From a virus (taxonomy: Duplodnaviria; Caudoviricetes), in IMG/VR virus record IMGVR_UViG_3300017963_000331, positions 1 through 52,062 of that record: a stretch of DNA of 52,062 bases. The stretch is one strand, 5' to 3'. The position numbers and the translations under genes were made by a program. Below the pieces are notes generated by a model. It worked only from the letters and a program-made list of their open reading frames with translations. It made no database searches and had not been told where the DNA came from. Of this stretch, positions 9,942-18,560 are shown piece after piece (position 1 is the stretch's first letter; every line of letters begins with the position of its first letter).

Positions 9942-11570
9942 CTAATCCTTCAAAGGCTCGTTGTACCCGACAACGCGTAAATACTTGCCTTCACGTTTCA
10001 CTGTGATTGTCCTCGTCCACTCCGATATGCGCTGCGAGAAGAACATGTCGTTAAGCGCTTCGGGGACGGTCGGGATCTCGGCATTCTGCCCGAACCTCTC
10101 GCGATACCAGACGCAAGCCTTATGGCGCGCGAAGTTCTCGTGGTCGAGACAGACCCATTCATTGATCCAGCGAATCTGATTGCCGAGGCAGACACGGTAA
10201 CGCACCTTGATCGAGGTTGGTGCCCCTGGCTTGACGTGAGGTGCAACGGTGACGGAGTCGACATTGACCGTCTCGGGCTCGCCGGAGAGGATGCTACGTT
10301 GAGTAGCCTTCGCCTCGTGCATCCGTCGCTCTGCTTCTTCAAGGGCTTCAAGGCGCTCGACCTCTCGCGGTGGTATCGGCGTTCCGCAGGCTGGACAGAT
10401 GCGGAGGGGACGCGGGAATGACTCGTCGCATTTCTGGCAGATGTACATCGGAACCCTCTCGCCCGTTCCGAGAAGGTCTAAGGGTCCATGTTCCTCGATA
10501 CAGCCCGCGTAGTCAAGGACTAGGCAAAATTCCTTGCTTTCATGGAGGCGAAGACCTCGTCCCACCATTTGAGCAAACAACCCTGGTGAGAGGGTAGGAC
10601 GGAGAAGGACAATGGTGTCGATATGAGGTGCGTCGAATCCTTCAGTGAGTACGTTGACGCAACAGACCACTTTAAGAACGCGGTCCTTAAAGGATCTGAT
10701 GATCCTGTCTCGTTCCTTTTTTGGTGTCTTACCAGTGACGGCGGGCGCGTGTATTCCGTACTTAGAAAGTTCCTTGGAAACGCGTTTGCAATGATCGACG
10801 TCAACACAAAAGAATATCGCGCTACGACGCTGTTCAAGCTGCATCTTGGACAGTGCGTCGGATACGGCGGCAGTGACGAGGTCGCCCTTGTTGGTTGCTT
10901 CAGCAAGAGCTGACACAACATAGTCACCTCCAGAGTTTCGCCGCACTCCTGACAGATCGGGGGTCGCCCGCCCAACCTTGGAGCGTAGGTTCGATAAGTA
11001 GCCTTGAGCGATGAGGTCTGTGATCTGTGCGTCATAGCAAACCTTGTTGAGGATGTAGTCGGGATGGCAGATCGGGCCACAACCCATCCGGTACGGCGTC
11101 GCGGTCCAGCCAACGACACGCAGAGCCGGGTTCATATGCGTCGCTTCGGCGATGAACTGCCGATACTTCCCTTGGCCAGCAGGAGGGATGCGGTGAGCTT
11201 CATCGACGAAGAGGAAGTCGAACGGCGCGAACTCGCCAGCCTTCTTATAGATGGAGTCGATGCTAGCGAAGATCATCTGCGAATGGTGATCGCGCTCACC
11301 AAGACCAGCAGAGTAGATACCGATCTCGCAGTCAGTGTAGAACGAGCGCAGCTTCTCGCAATTCTGCCCGACGAGTTCCTTGCGGTGAGCCAGGACGCAG
11401 CCGCGAACGTGCGGAGCCTGAACATACCAGTCGTGCATAAGAGCCGCCATAGTCACCGACTTCCCGGCGCCGGTTGGGAGTACGGCGCACGGGTTGTCGG
11501 TCCTATTGCAGATATGGGCGTGAATGGCTGCGTTGCATTCAGCCTGATATGGGCGAAGCGTGAAGCTCAA
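9942..11570 (-). CDS. SF2 DEAH helicase (RadD/YejH-like) with Zn finger
   Basis: LRPYQ, PTGAGKS, DEAH, TATP, QMVGRGLR and CQKC..CPAC. Confidence 0.92.
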   Translation of the reverse strand: MSFTLRPYQAECNAAIHAHICNRTDNPCAVLPTGAGKSVTMAALMHDWYVQAPHVRGCVLAHRKELVGQNCEKLRSFYTDCEIGIYSAGLGERDHHSQMIFASIDSIYKKAGEFAPFDFLFVDEAHRIPPAGQGKYRQFIAEATHMNPALRVVGWTATPYRMGCGPICHPDYILNKVCYDAQITDLIAQGYLSNLRSKVGRATPDLSGVRRNSGGDYVVSALAEATNKGDLVTAAVSDALSKMQLEQRRSAIFFCVDVDHCKRVSKELSKYGIHAPAVTGKTPKKERDRIIRSFKDRVLKVVCCVNVLTEGFDAPHIDTIVLLRPTLSPGLFAQMVGRGLRLHESKEFCLVLDYAGCIEEHGPLDLLGTGERVPMYICQKCDESFPRPLRICPACGTPIPPREVERLEALEEAERRMHEAKATQRSILSGEPETVNVDSVTVAPHVKPGAPTSIKVRYRVCLGNQIRWINEWVCLDHENFARHKACVWYRERFGQNAEIPTVPEALNDMFFSQRISEWTRTITVKREGKYLRVVGYNEPLKD

Positions 11571-12922
11571 TGCTTCTCCTCCATGATGAACGACTTCATG
11601 CAGCCCGTGTCGACGACGACGCAGACTTTGGGACCATCGGGAACCTGGAACTCGATCCCGATCACGTTCAGGTTTTCGTCCTGGTCGAGCGGTTCGAGGG
11701 CTGACATGTCGTAGCCGTAGAGCTGCTTGAACCCTACGCCCGTGTCAGACGCCGCACCATTCCACGAACACCAGCAAGTATCCATATCGGAATAACGCTC
11801 GATGCAGTTTCCACGAGCCTCATGGTGAACGACGTCGGCGCCTTGCTCTCTGGCTCGCTCAACGAGCGGATTACTGAGAGTTGAAACGGAAACAAAACGA
11901 AGTTCGCTCGCTGACCACCCCGCGCCACCTCCCTGTCGCCACTCGGGGCGTCCGCTTGAATCAGGCTCCCGGACTTGGTAGTCAATGTAATCGACCCCGT
12001 TCTCGTCCTGTCCGTAGTTGACTGGTTCGGAGTGGGCATCGACGATGCCCGGCAAGTACAGAAGGCGCTCACAAGCGCGGTCTTGATCCTCGACTGAGAG
12101 TGCCTTCCCAAGCTTATCGCAGGTCCATCGAGCGCCTTCACCTGCGATATCTGGTGTGGCAAAACAGCACTGCCGACAAGACGTTCCCGACGTAGCGCAC
12201 GCTTCGGCTTCGCTGGAGGTGGCATGGCAAATTTCCTTGGCATCGCACCAGCCGCACTGGTAGTAATCGGGGCGATCACTAAGCCGTGGCGGGATCTGGT
12301 TCTGGGTGATGATCCGGCGAGCCTTCTCCATGAGGAGGTCGTAGTGCGCCTGATCGAAATGAACTCGCTCACAATAGAGTTCGTCGGTGTCCTTGTTCAC
12401 GGCGAAGTACAGTGCCCTCTTGAGCCCCTGCTTGCCCATGTACGCCTGCATCTGCGAGTAATGCTGAGGCTTCGACTTCTTCACGCCCTTCTTCTCAAGG
12501 GCAACGAACGACTTGTTGTTGTGTGACTTGGCTTCGAGGAGGTGCCACGTCTTCGGTGCTTCCGGCAGTCCGACCAAGGCACCGTCAGTGTGCCCCGAGA
12601 AGTGCCCGCCGAACTCGCTGATCTCGAACTGCTGGCCAGTGTTCGGGTCAACCTCGTGGACCGTGCAGCCGATCATGCGAAGGTCTTCGACGATTCGAGC
12701 TTCTTCAATGTCGCCCGTGTTGAACAGTCGGTAGATTCGCCCGCCGATATCCTCTTTCGTTGCCTGCCGGAAGCAATACCAGAGGTATCGTTCGCAGGCA
12801 TGACCGATGATCGACGCGCCGAGGTATCCTCGACTCTCTTCGGCGTCGCCCTTGGCTTTCCATGCCGCATAGATCGCATTCACCGTCTCCGACTTCGGCG
12901 GGAGTATGTCTTCAGCGCTCAT
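11567..12922 (-). CDS. Cas4-like PD-(D/E)xK exonuclease with an Fe-S-type Cys cluster
   Basis: YLGASIIGHAC.R.LWY, GHTDG, LEAK, QMQAYM and CGWC..C. Located in the replication module with no CRISPR context. Confidence 0.85.
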   Translation of the reverse strand: MSAEDILPPKSETVNAIYAAWKAKGDAEESRGYLGASIIGHACERYLWYCFRQATKEDIGGRIYRLFNTGDIEEARIVEDLRMIGCTVHEVDPNTGQQFEISEFGGHFSGHTDGALVGLPEAPKTWHLLEAKSHNNKSFVALEKKGVKKSKPQHYSQMQAYMGKQGLKRALYFAVNKDTDELYCERVHFDQAHYDLLMEKARRIITQNQIPPRLSDRPDYYQCGWCDAKEICHATSSEAEACATSGTSCRQCCFATPDIAGEGARWTCDKLGKALSVEDQDRACERLLYLPGIVDAHSEPVNYGQDENGVDYIDYQVREPDSSGRPEWRQGGGAGWSASELRFVSVSTLSNPLVERAREQGADVVHHEARGNCIERYSDMDTCWCSWNGAASDTGVGFKQLYGYDMSALEPLDQDENLNVIGIEFQVPDGPKVCVVVDTGCMKSFIMEEKH

Positions 12923-13209
12923 ATTTCGCCTCGTGTTGAGCTTGACTTGTCGACTAGAAAGTTCATATGCCCTAGCGGTGTGCTCTGGCTGTACCAGAGG
13001 ATCGTTGGTCGGCAGTCGCAGAAGTCGCCGGGCAGATCGTATCCACTAAGCGACGGATATGGACCGGGACCGTATAGCTCCAGAACCACGTTGGCTTGAC
13101 AGTGATCCTGGTGGACGACTCTGATAGACACGCGATCCTCGGGGCTGTCGGGCAAGACCCCGAGGGCGATCGCGCGTGTTATCATTGGACGCCAAGATGG
13201 GACGGTCAT
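12919..13209 (-). CDS. Hypothetical protein
   Basis: Likely start ATG 13209 (MTVPSW), with ATGA overlaps at both ends. Confidence 0.55.
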   Translation of the reverse strand: MTVPSWRPMITRAIALGVLPDSPEDRVSIRVVHQDHCQANVVLELYGPGPYPSLSGYDLPGDFCDCRPTILWYSQSTPLGHMNFLVDKSSSTRGEI

Positions 13210-13763
13210 TTTGCTTTCGGCTTGATAAGCTCGATACTGATCTTGGCGGGGGTAGCGGTGACGTGCTTGGCGATCTTGTTGAACGTATCCTTGTCGTTCG
13301 CCTCGTACCACTTGTAGCCCTTCTCGTCGAGCTTCACTTCCGTCTTGAGCTTGAGCGGAGGGTACGGCAAGCCGAGTTCACGAACCTTCTCGTGATCGAC
13401 CTTGTAGTTGATCCCGCGAGTAACCTTGACCTTGAGCCCTTCAGAGAGCTTCGAGGATCGCGAGCTGCCGAGCTTGCCGGGCAGCAGCGTCTCAATTGCG
13501 GCCATATTCTCGTCGACCTTGGCTTGTGCGGCGTCGCGCGCCTCCAAGAGCTTCTCGCGGTCGGCTGCTAGCGTCAGCAGCGCCGCCTTGACTTCATCAT
13601 TGACAGCGGGTGACATTGGGTTCCTCTTTTCGTATTCGGAGCACTTCCCATCGAGATTCTTAGATCGACAGTCGACGCCGTTTTCATCGCCGTCACGGAA
13701 GCACCAATAGACGGTGTCGCCGTTGATATCCCGACAGAACTTGCAGTCAACGCAGATATTCAT
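13206..13763 (-). CDS. Conserved-type phage replication-module protein; possible internal start at 13616
   Basis: C-terminal part (KVTRGINYKVD...VTATPAKISIE) resembles small proteins found beside phage SSB/Sak4 genes. SD-like sequences precede both 13763 and 13616. Confidence 0.65.
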   Translation of the reverse strand: MNICVDCKFCRDINGDTVYWCFRDGDENGVDCRSKNLDGKCSEYEKRNPMSPAVNDEVKAALLTLAADREKLLEARDAAQAKVDENMAAIETLLPGKLGSSRSSKLSEGLKVKVTRGINYKVDHEKVRELGLPYPPLKLKTEVKLDEKGYKWYEANDKDTFNKIAKHVTATPAKISIELIKPKAK

Positions 13764-13819
13764 GGTTGGACCTCAGAGATTGCCTCTTCTCTGGACCTAC
13801 GACGCGTCGGTTAATGCTC

Positions 13820-14449
13820 CTACTCTTCCTCTTCGCCTTCCGTTAGCTGGCCAAGGAGGTCATAGAAGTACGTTGCGCCATCCTCGAAGTCCGCTTCTGC
13901 TAGCTGCCAGTCGGCAAGTCCAGCGTTGAACTCGGTCGCGGCAGCTTGATAGTTAGCCTGACACGAGATAAACAGGTTCTTCGCACTGAAGTACTTCGCG
14001 AATGCGGTTGTGTAGCTAGGCGGGCTAGCTTCGTACTTTGCATAGTCGGCGGCAGCGTGGTCAGCCTCCCCCGCCTCCCATCGCGACTCTCCGAGAGTCC
14101 ACGAGCCATTAGGATCGGCTGTAGCGCTAGTGTAGTGAGCCTCGGCGTCTAGCCCATGCGCTGCCCCAAGGTTCATGTAGTAGTCGCCAGCGGCAATCTC
14201 TGCCGAGTTCGCACCGGCAGTGATGCAGAGATCGCGCACGCCATTCGCGCCGTTGATGCAGTAAATGAGTTCAACCATTTCCTGGACCATCGACTCGTAA
14301 CCGCCCTTCGCATCGCCTGCGGTATCAGCGTCAGTCTGCGCGTCGTCTCGTGCGTCGATGCAAGCTTGCTCTCCGCACTCCGGGATCTGGCCAAGCGCTA
14401 CGCCTGACACGAGGAGCATTGTAGCAAGAGCAAAAAGAAAGCGTTTCAT
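13820..14449 (-). CDS. Exported acidic alpha-helical protein
   Basis: Classical Sec signal peptide MKRFLFALATMLLVSGVALG-Q, followed by an Ala/Asp/Glu-rich mature region with several Cys. Confidence 0.75.
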   Translation of the reverse strand: MKRFLFALATMLLVSGVALGQIPECGEQACIDARDDAQTDADTAGDAKGGYESMVQEMVELIYCINGANGVRDLCITAGANSAEIAAGDYYMNLGAAHGLDAEAHYTSATADPNGSWTLGESRWEAGEADHAAADYAKYEASPPSYTTAFAKYFSAKNLFISCQANYQAAATEFNAGLADWQLAEADFEDGATYFYDLLGQLTEGEEEE

Positions 14450-14505
14450 AGTTGACCTTTCGGTTAGAGATCAGACAAAGTCTAGAGAAGATCAGACAAA
14501 AGAAA

Positions 14506-14627
14506 GAAGCGACCGTGTCGTGCGAGCTTTATGATATCCGCGAGCATCGTGCGGCTTGACCGTCTGCGGGTCTACCGGGTGTCCGTGCATCGCGTTCGTT
14601 TGTGTCTTCGCTGACTACGGTCGCTTC
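14506..14627. ncRNA. Candidate structured RNA element
   Basis: ~120 nt intergenic segment closed by a perfect 11-bp inverted repeat GAAGCGACCGT/ACGGTCGCTTC, with further imperfect internal pairing. Confidence 0.4.
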
Positions 14628-14646
14628 GTTCCCACACCACCAAGCG

Positions 14647-15447
14647 TTATGCCCAAGGCGGCTTACCAGCGGCTTGCGCCGGAGGGGCTGCCTGCTGAGG
14701 CGGGGCTGCGGGGGGCGCAGCTTGGGCGGGAGGGGCGGCAGCCGGAGGGGCTGCGGCGGGAGGCGCGGCTGCCGGTGGTGCAGCAGGGGGCGCCTGTTGG
14801 GCAGGAGGAGCCGCAGGAGGTGCCATCTGGGGCGGGGCGGCTGCCGGGGGTGTCACCGGGGGTGCAACGGGCGGAGCCGCAGCAGGGGCGACAGGAGGGG
14901 CTGTAGGAGGCTGGTAGGCGGCTGCCGGTGGTGCGGCTGCCGGAGGGGCATAGGCTGCCGGGGCTGCCGGAGCCACGGGCGCCGCAGGAGCGGCGGGCGG
15001 AGCCGGGACCGGGGGAGCGGCGAGCATCTTGAGGATGACCGGATCTTGCGGGTGATAGAACCCGTTGATATCGTTCTGGTCCTGCTTCACCTTCACGCTG
15101 ACGTACATCCAACGCCCGATGAGATCGTTGGGGTGCTTGATCTCCGGCAACTCGGTGGCGTAGAGGATCGCGGACAGCTCGCGTCGAGCGATCTTGACAG
15201 CCTTCTCATTCGGGTTGCGAAGGTTCAGCATGATCCAGAGCTTGCGATCCTTGAACGGGATGCCCGTGGTGTGTTCGAGTATCGACACCTGAATCCAGAG
15301 ATACTCGCCGTCCTGCTTCTTCGTGGGTCGCACGTCGACCTCTTCGATCTGCACCGGATACTTGCCGGGCGTGATCGGCTCGAAACCCTTTGCGGGCTCC
15401 TCTTCCTCGCGGTTGTAGCCATTCGGGCCGAAAATGTCATCTAACAT
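14647..15447 (-). CDS. DUF669-type single-stranded DNA-binding protein with a long Pro/Ala tail
   Basis: FEPITPGKY.V.I, RKLWIMLNLRNPNEKAVKIARREL and QNDING; low-complexity PA tail ending GKPPWA. Located beside the AAA gene. Confidence 0.8.
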   Translation of the reverse strand: MLDDIFGPNGYNREEEEPAKGFEPITPGKYPVQIEEVDVRPTKKQDGEYLWIQVSILEHTTGIPFKDRKLWIMLNLRNPNEKAVKIARRELSAILYATELPEIKHPNDLIGRWMYVSVKVKQDQNDINGFYHPQDPVILKMLAAPPVPAPPAAPAAPVAPAAPAAYAPPAAAPPAAAYQPPTAPPVAPAAAPPVAPPVTPPAAAPPQMAPPAAPPAQQAPPAAPPAAAPPAAAPPAAAPPAQAAPPAAPPQQAAPPAQAAGKPPWA

Positions 15448-15486
15448 GCGTCGTCTCCAGAGGAAAGAATTGAAACGCGAACTATC

Positions 15487-15495
15487 AGTATATCA
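15487..15495 (-). promoter_or_regulatory. Extended -10 promoter upstream of SSB
   Basis: The minus strand reads TGA-TATACT in the intergenic gap, next to the palindrome CAAGGCAGCCTTG (15494-15506). Confidence 0.5.
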
Positions 15496-15512
15496 AGGCA
15501 GCCTTGCCGTTG

Positions 15513-15974
15513 CTAGTCCTCCGTGGCAAACATCACAGCAGCCGCTTTCTGCGACAAACCGGCATCACGCAGCTCTTGCTTAGTGAACACTAAATCAGAG
15601 TCGAGGTCTGAATTGCTCGTCTGCTTGGCCAGCCAATGAGTAACGTCTCGTGCGGAGTCTAGGATTCCTGACAGGTGCAACCTAACCTCACCAGCAGACA
15701 CGACCATCTGCGCTGCATAAGCCTTCCACCCGGCAGCTTCGGTCTTGGACGCAGAGAGTTCTGTTTCCACGAGGCGTAGCGCGTTGTACGCTTTCTCCAT
15801 TCTCTCGTTTCGATTGCTGATAATGTCGTCGCGTTCCGCTACCATGAGGTTCAGCTTGTGGACTTCTCGCTGCGAGTCGGCAAGCTTTTTGTTCGTGTCG
15901 ATCACCTCGCCGTTCGTGGTGAGCCCGACCATATCGAGGAGCATCAGAAACAAGTCGAAGATCGTCTTCATCAC
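15513..15974 (-). CDS. Hypothetical coiled-coil protein
   Basis: 153 aa with a heptad-like central region; overlaps the upstream stop. Confidence 0.65.
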   Translation of the reverse strand: MMKTIFDLFLMLLDMVGLTTNGEVIDTNKKLADSQREVHKLNLMVAERDDIISNRNERMEKAYNALRLVETELSASKTEAAGWKAYAAQMVVSAGEVRLHLSGILDSARDVTHWLAKQTSNSDLDSDLVFTKQELRDAGLSQKAAAVMFATED

Positions 15975-16753
15975 TGCACGTTCCTTGCTGCTTGGACATG
16001 TTGACAGAACGCGTTCCAGTCGAGAGGAATCTCGTACGGGATACGCCCGAAGGGACCACGCCCGCCTCCAGGATGGGACGGCTTCTTCTGCGTGTAGAGG
16101 TAGCGCCCGCCCGTAACGTCGGTGCCGCGCTTGGTCTTCTTCCCGAAGCCCGCATCCTCGCTCTGGAGAATGACCTTGGAGTTAGCAAACAAGATCACGT
16201 CAGCCCAAGCGTAGAGCTGCGTTGCTGCCTTGTGGTGAATGCTCCAGATGAAGGAGTCGTAGCTGCCGACGATGGGATCGTCGATCCTCTTGATTGTGAC
16301 GTGACCAATCAAGATCGAGGCGCAGTTGCGATCACGCCGAAGGACGTCAATCCAGTCAGTGAGGCGGCGCCAATACTTGAGGGTTTCAAGGTAGCCCTTG
16401 CCGTAGCCGTCAAGCACTTTCTCGATGCTATCCTTGTTGTAGTCGTTGCACACCTGTTGATGCAGCAGGGGCTCAAGCGTCGTCGTCGAGTCGATCACGA
16501 TTGTGCCGAAGTCGTGTTGCTGATTGTAGAGCGCTTCGAGCCAGCCGACAGTCTCGTTATACGAGCTGACCGGCTTCTCAAGCTTGGCAACGGGGATATC
16601 GTCGATCCCCTCTTCCCCGTGTACCGGGATGAAGAACGGGCGATCAGATGCGGCAGCGAAGGACGACTTGCCGATCTTCTCCACGCCAAGCAGGATAATT
16701 CTCGGTGGACGTACCACCGCTTCGGTGGTGATCGTCGAAAGATCGAATGCCAT
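15971..16753 (-). CDS. Sak4-like AAA_24 ATPase (ssDNA annealing/recombination)
   Basis: GVEKIGKS Walker A, IVIDS Walker B, GYGKGY, LIGH and WADVILFAN. Confidence 0.88.
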   Translation of the reverse strand: MAFDLSTITTEAVVRPPRIILLGVEKIGKSSFAAASDRPFFIPVHGEEGIDDIPVAKLEKPVSSYNETVGWLEALYNQQHDFGTIVIDSTTTLEPLLHQQVCNDYNKDSIEKVLDGYGKGYLETLKYWRRLTDWIDVLRRDRNCASILIGHVTIKRIDDPIVGSYDSFIWSIHHKAATQLYAWADVILFANSKVILQSEDAGFGKKTKRGTDVTGGRYLYTQKKPSHPGGGRGPFGRIPYEIPLDWNAFCQHVQAARNVQ

Positions 16754-16761
16754 TGATTTGC

Positions 16762-16843
16762 TCCAGAAGGTAAGGGGAAGAAACGAGGGCGGGCCCTTAC
16801 TCCCGCCCTCGCTGGTCCCTCCGGTAAGGGTGAGGAACCTTGA
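16762..16843 (-). ncRNA. Structured 5' leader: two hairpins with complementary loops, the second terminator-like
   Basis: Minus strand GGTTCCTC-acccttaccg-GAGGGACC, then CGAGGGCGGG-agtaaggg-CCCGCCCTCG followed by TTTCTT. Confidence 0.65.
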
Positions 16844-16849
16844 ATCAAC

Positions 16850-16878
16850 ATGATAACCGGAACTCCACGCAGTGTCAA
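16850..16878 (-). promoter_or_regulatory. Sigma70-type promoter of the replication operon
   Basis: Minus strand TTGACA (16878-16873), 17 nt spacer, TATCAT (16855-16850). Confidence 0.8.
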
Positions 16879-17273
16879 TTCTGCGGACTGTCGACCGACA
16901 TGAACCCGGAAACGTCGTGGTATTTCGCGAACTCCGCCATACCTGCGGCGTCGCTCATTGCATCCTTTCTGCCACTCTTGCCGGTGTAGGGTCCGCAATC
17001 ACAAGCGGAGCCCTCAGCGTTGATGATCCACCAGCCGTCAGGGCGGAGGGTGATGTACGGGAACCACGACGGATAGCGCCCGGTGAGTTCCGCCCACCTC
17101 TCGGCGCACGCCTTGTTCTGACGCTTGCCTCGCACCTCTGGCGGTTCTGGTCGCCCGTTCTGGAGGAAGTGCAGCTCTGCCTGTTGTCGCCCCGCCTCTT
17201 CTGCCTTGTCGCGTTGGCGGTTCTCCGCGCTTCTTATTCGGTTCCTGGTCATTCTCTTTCCGTCTCCTCGCAA
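16875..17273 (-). CDS. Hypothetical protein
   Basis: ORF in the packed minus-strand run. True start may be the downstream ATG (MTRNR). Confidence 0.6.
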   Translation of the reverse strand: MRGDGKRMTRNRIRSAENRQRDKAEEAGRQQAELHFLQNGRPEPPEVRGKRQNKACAERWAELTGRYPSWFPYITLRPDGWWIINAEGSACDCGPYTGKSGRKDAMSDAAGMAEFAKYHDVSGFMSVDSPQN

Positions 17274-17488
17274 TGCTTACGGGTTTCTTCTACCTTGTCC
17301 CAATCAATAGCAGGCTCGACCTTGGGCAGCGCTAGCTTCTGCTGTAGCCACGTCTTGAACCGTGCGTGATCCTCCGGCGTGCGACTCTTGAGCCCCTGCG
17401 GTGGGGCGTAGCAGTCGCAATACTCCATGTCGTCTCGATCTTCACGCGGACAGATGCCGCGCTTCGTGCAGAGTTGACACTCTAACAT
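17249..17488 (-). CDS. Small Cys-rich hypothetical protein
   Basis: CQLC..C..CDC N-terminus; overlaps neighbours. Confidence 0.6.
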   Translation of the reverse strand: MLECQLCTKRGICPREDRDDMEYCDCYAPPQGLKSRTPEDHARFKTWLQQKLALPKVEPAIDWDKVEETRKHCEETERE

Positions 17489-17721
17489 TTCCTCCCCTTC
17501 CAGTATTCGAGGTGAAGCTTGAACCTACGAGCACTCACAGTGAGCGCTGCGCCCTCTGGATGCGTCGCAACAATGGTGCCGTTGCGGGTGACGCCCGAGA
17601 ACCGCGAGGGCTTGCGCTGACCGCACCGCACCCATTGCCCCGGCTGTAGCCGTAGCTGGCCAGCAAGTAACGCCTGCGTAATGCCAGGAGCCCACAAGTC
17701 AATTGTCGGTAGATACTGCAC
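17482..17721 (-). CDS. Hypothetical early protein
   Basis: MQYLPTIDLW...LQPGQWVRCG...SRF; packed ORF. Confidence 0.6.
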   Translation of the reverse strand: MQYLPTIDLWAPGITQALLAGQLRLQPGQWVRCGQRKPSRFSGVTRNGTIVATHPEGAALTVSARRFKLHLEYWKGRKC

Positions 17722-17908
17722 GGCTCAACCTTTCAAGCTGGGTATCATTGTACATGGTCATTATCCGGGACGGCTCGAACACTGGCCGAACGTGGCACAA
17801 GCCACGAGCCAGCAGCGGCGCGCCGGGGTGGGCCCTCGTCCACCTCGCGGCGCTTGTCAGATCAATGAGGCGCACAACCTCACACGGTCTAGCGAGTCGA
17901 TACGACAC
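17699..17908 (-). CDS. Hypothetical protein
   Basis: Fills the gap between neighbours; weak support. Confidence 0.4.
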   Translation of the reverse strand: MSYRLARPCEVVRLIDLTSAARWTRAHPGAPLLARGLCHVRPVFEPSRIMTMYNDTQLERLSRAVSTDN

Positions 17909-18083
17909 GGGCGCGCCCCCCCTCGCTATCGACTGCGACGGACTGCGCCCCTTCGATGAAGTGACACGCCGCGAGTAGGTCGGCAGCCGTTGCGTTGCTG
18001 CCGCTGTCCCGGAGATCCGGCGCGAGGGTTTCGCGAATGTACCCGATGAAGTGGTCGCGCGTCATCAAAAATTCGTGGCTCAT
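17889..18083 (-). CDS. Hypothetical early protein
   Basis: 64 aa, SD-like GAGGA upstream, YIRETLAPDLRDSG..ATA.D pattern. Confidence 0.6.
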   Translation of the reverse strand: MSHEFLMTRDHFIGYIRETLAPDLRDSGSNATAADLLAACHFIEGAQSVAVDSEGGRARVVSTR

Positions 18084-18086
18084 GGT

Positions 18087-18560
18087 CTACGGTTCCTCTG
18101 CGATAATATGGCGTGATGTAAGAAGTTCATCCGTGAGACGATCAGCAAGGCGCGCGGCGTCCTGCGCAACCTCGCGCAGGAGCCTGATTGACTTGTGGAC
18201 CCGTTCCGGGTCGATCTGTTCCCACCAGTCGGAGCCGTCGAAGTCGGCGAAGTCGGGCGCCGCCTCGTCAGTCCATTCGCTGGTTAGACGGTCGCGCGCC
18301 TCTTCGGCTCCCGCCACGATAGCCGCGATCCCATTCCCGGCGCTTGGGAGGATGAAAGACACGATGGTTTTGTTGCGCACGAGCGCGAGGCGCCGCCCGT
18401 TGAGGTCGCTAAAATCGTAGACCTCATATTGCCCGGTTTTGACTTGGTTCATGAGTCGCCCACGCTCCCACCCATCAATGGGTCGATCTTCGGCACTGTT
18501 TGCGTGCCGGTAGTGTGTTGCGATCTCAAGCGCTGCTAGCTGGTCTTTCTGGCTAGTCAT
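18087..18560 (-). CDS. Hypothetical early protein
   Basis: 157 aa; ATGA overlap with the radical SAM gene. Confidence 0.65.
   Translation of the reverse strand: MTSQKDQLAALEIATHYRHANSAEDRPIDGWERGRLMNQVKTGQYEVYDFSDLNGRRLALVRNKTIVSFILPSAGNGIAAIVAGAEEARDRLTSEWTDEAAPDFADFDGSDWWEQIDPERVHKSIRLLREVAQDAARLADRLTDELLTSRHIIAEEP

Noticed and set aside
11567-12922. Cas4-like gene as part of a CRISPR-Cas system
   Set aside because: No repeat-spacer array or other cas genes; it sits in a standard phage recombination module.
14556-15444. Plus-strand Gly/Arg-rich ORFs
   Set aside because: Antisense shadows of the Pro/Ala-rich SSB tail.
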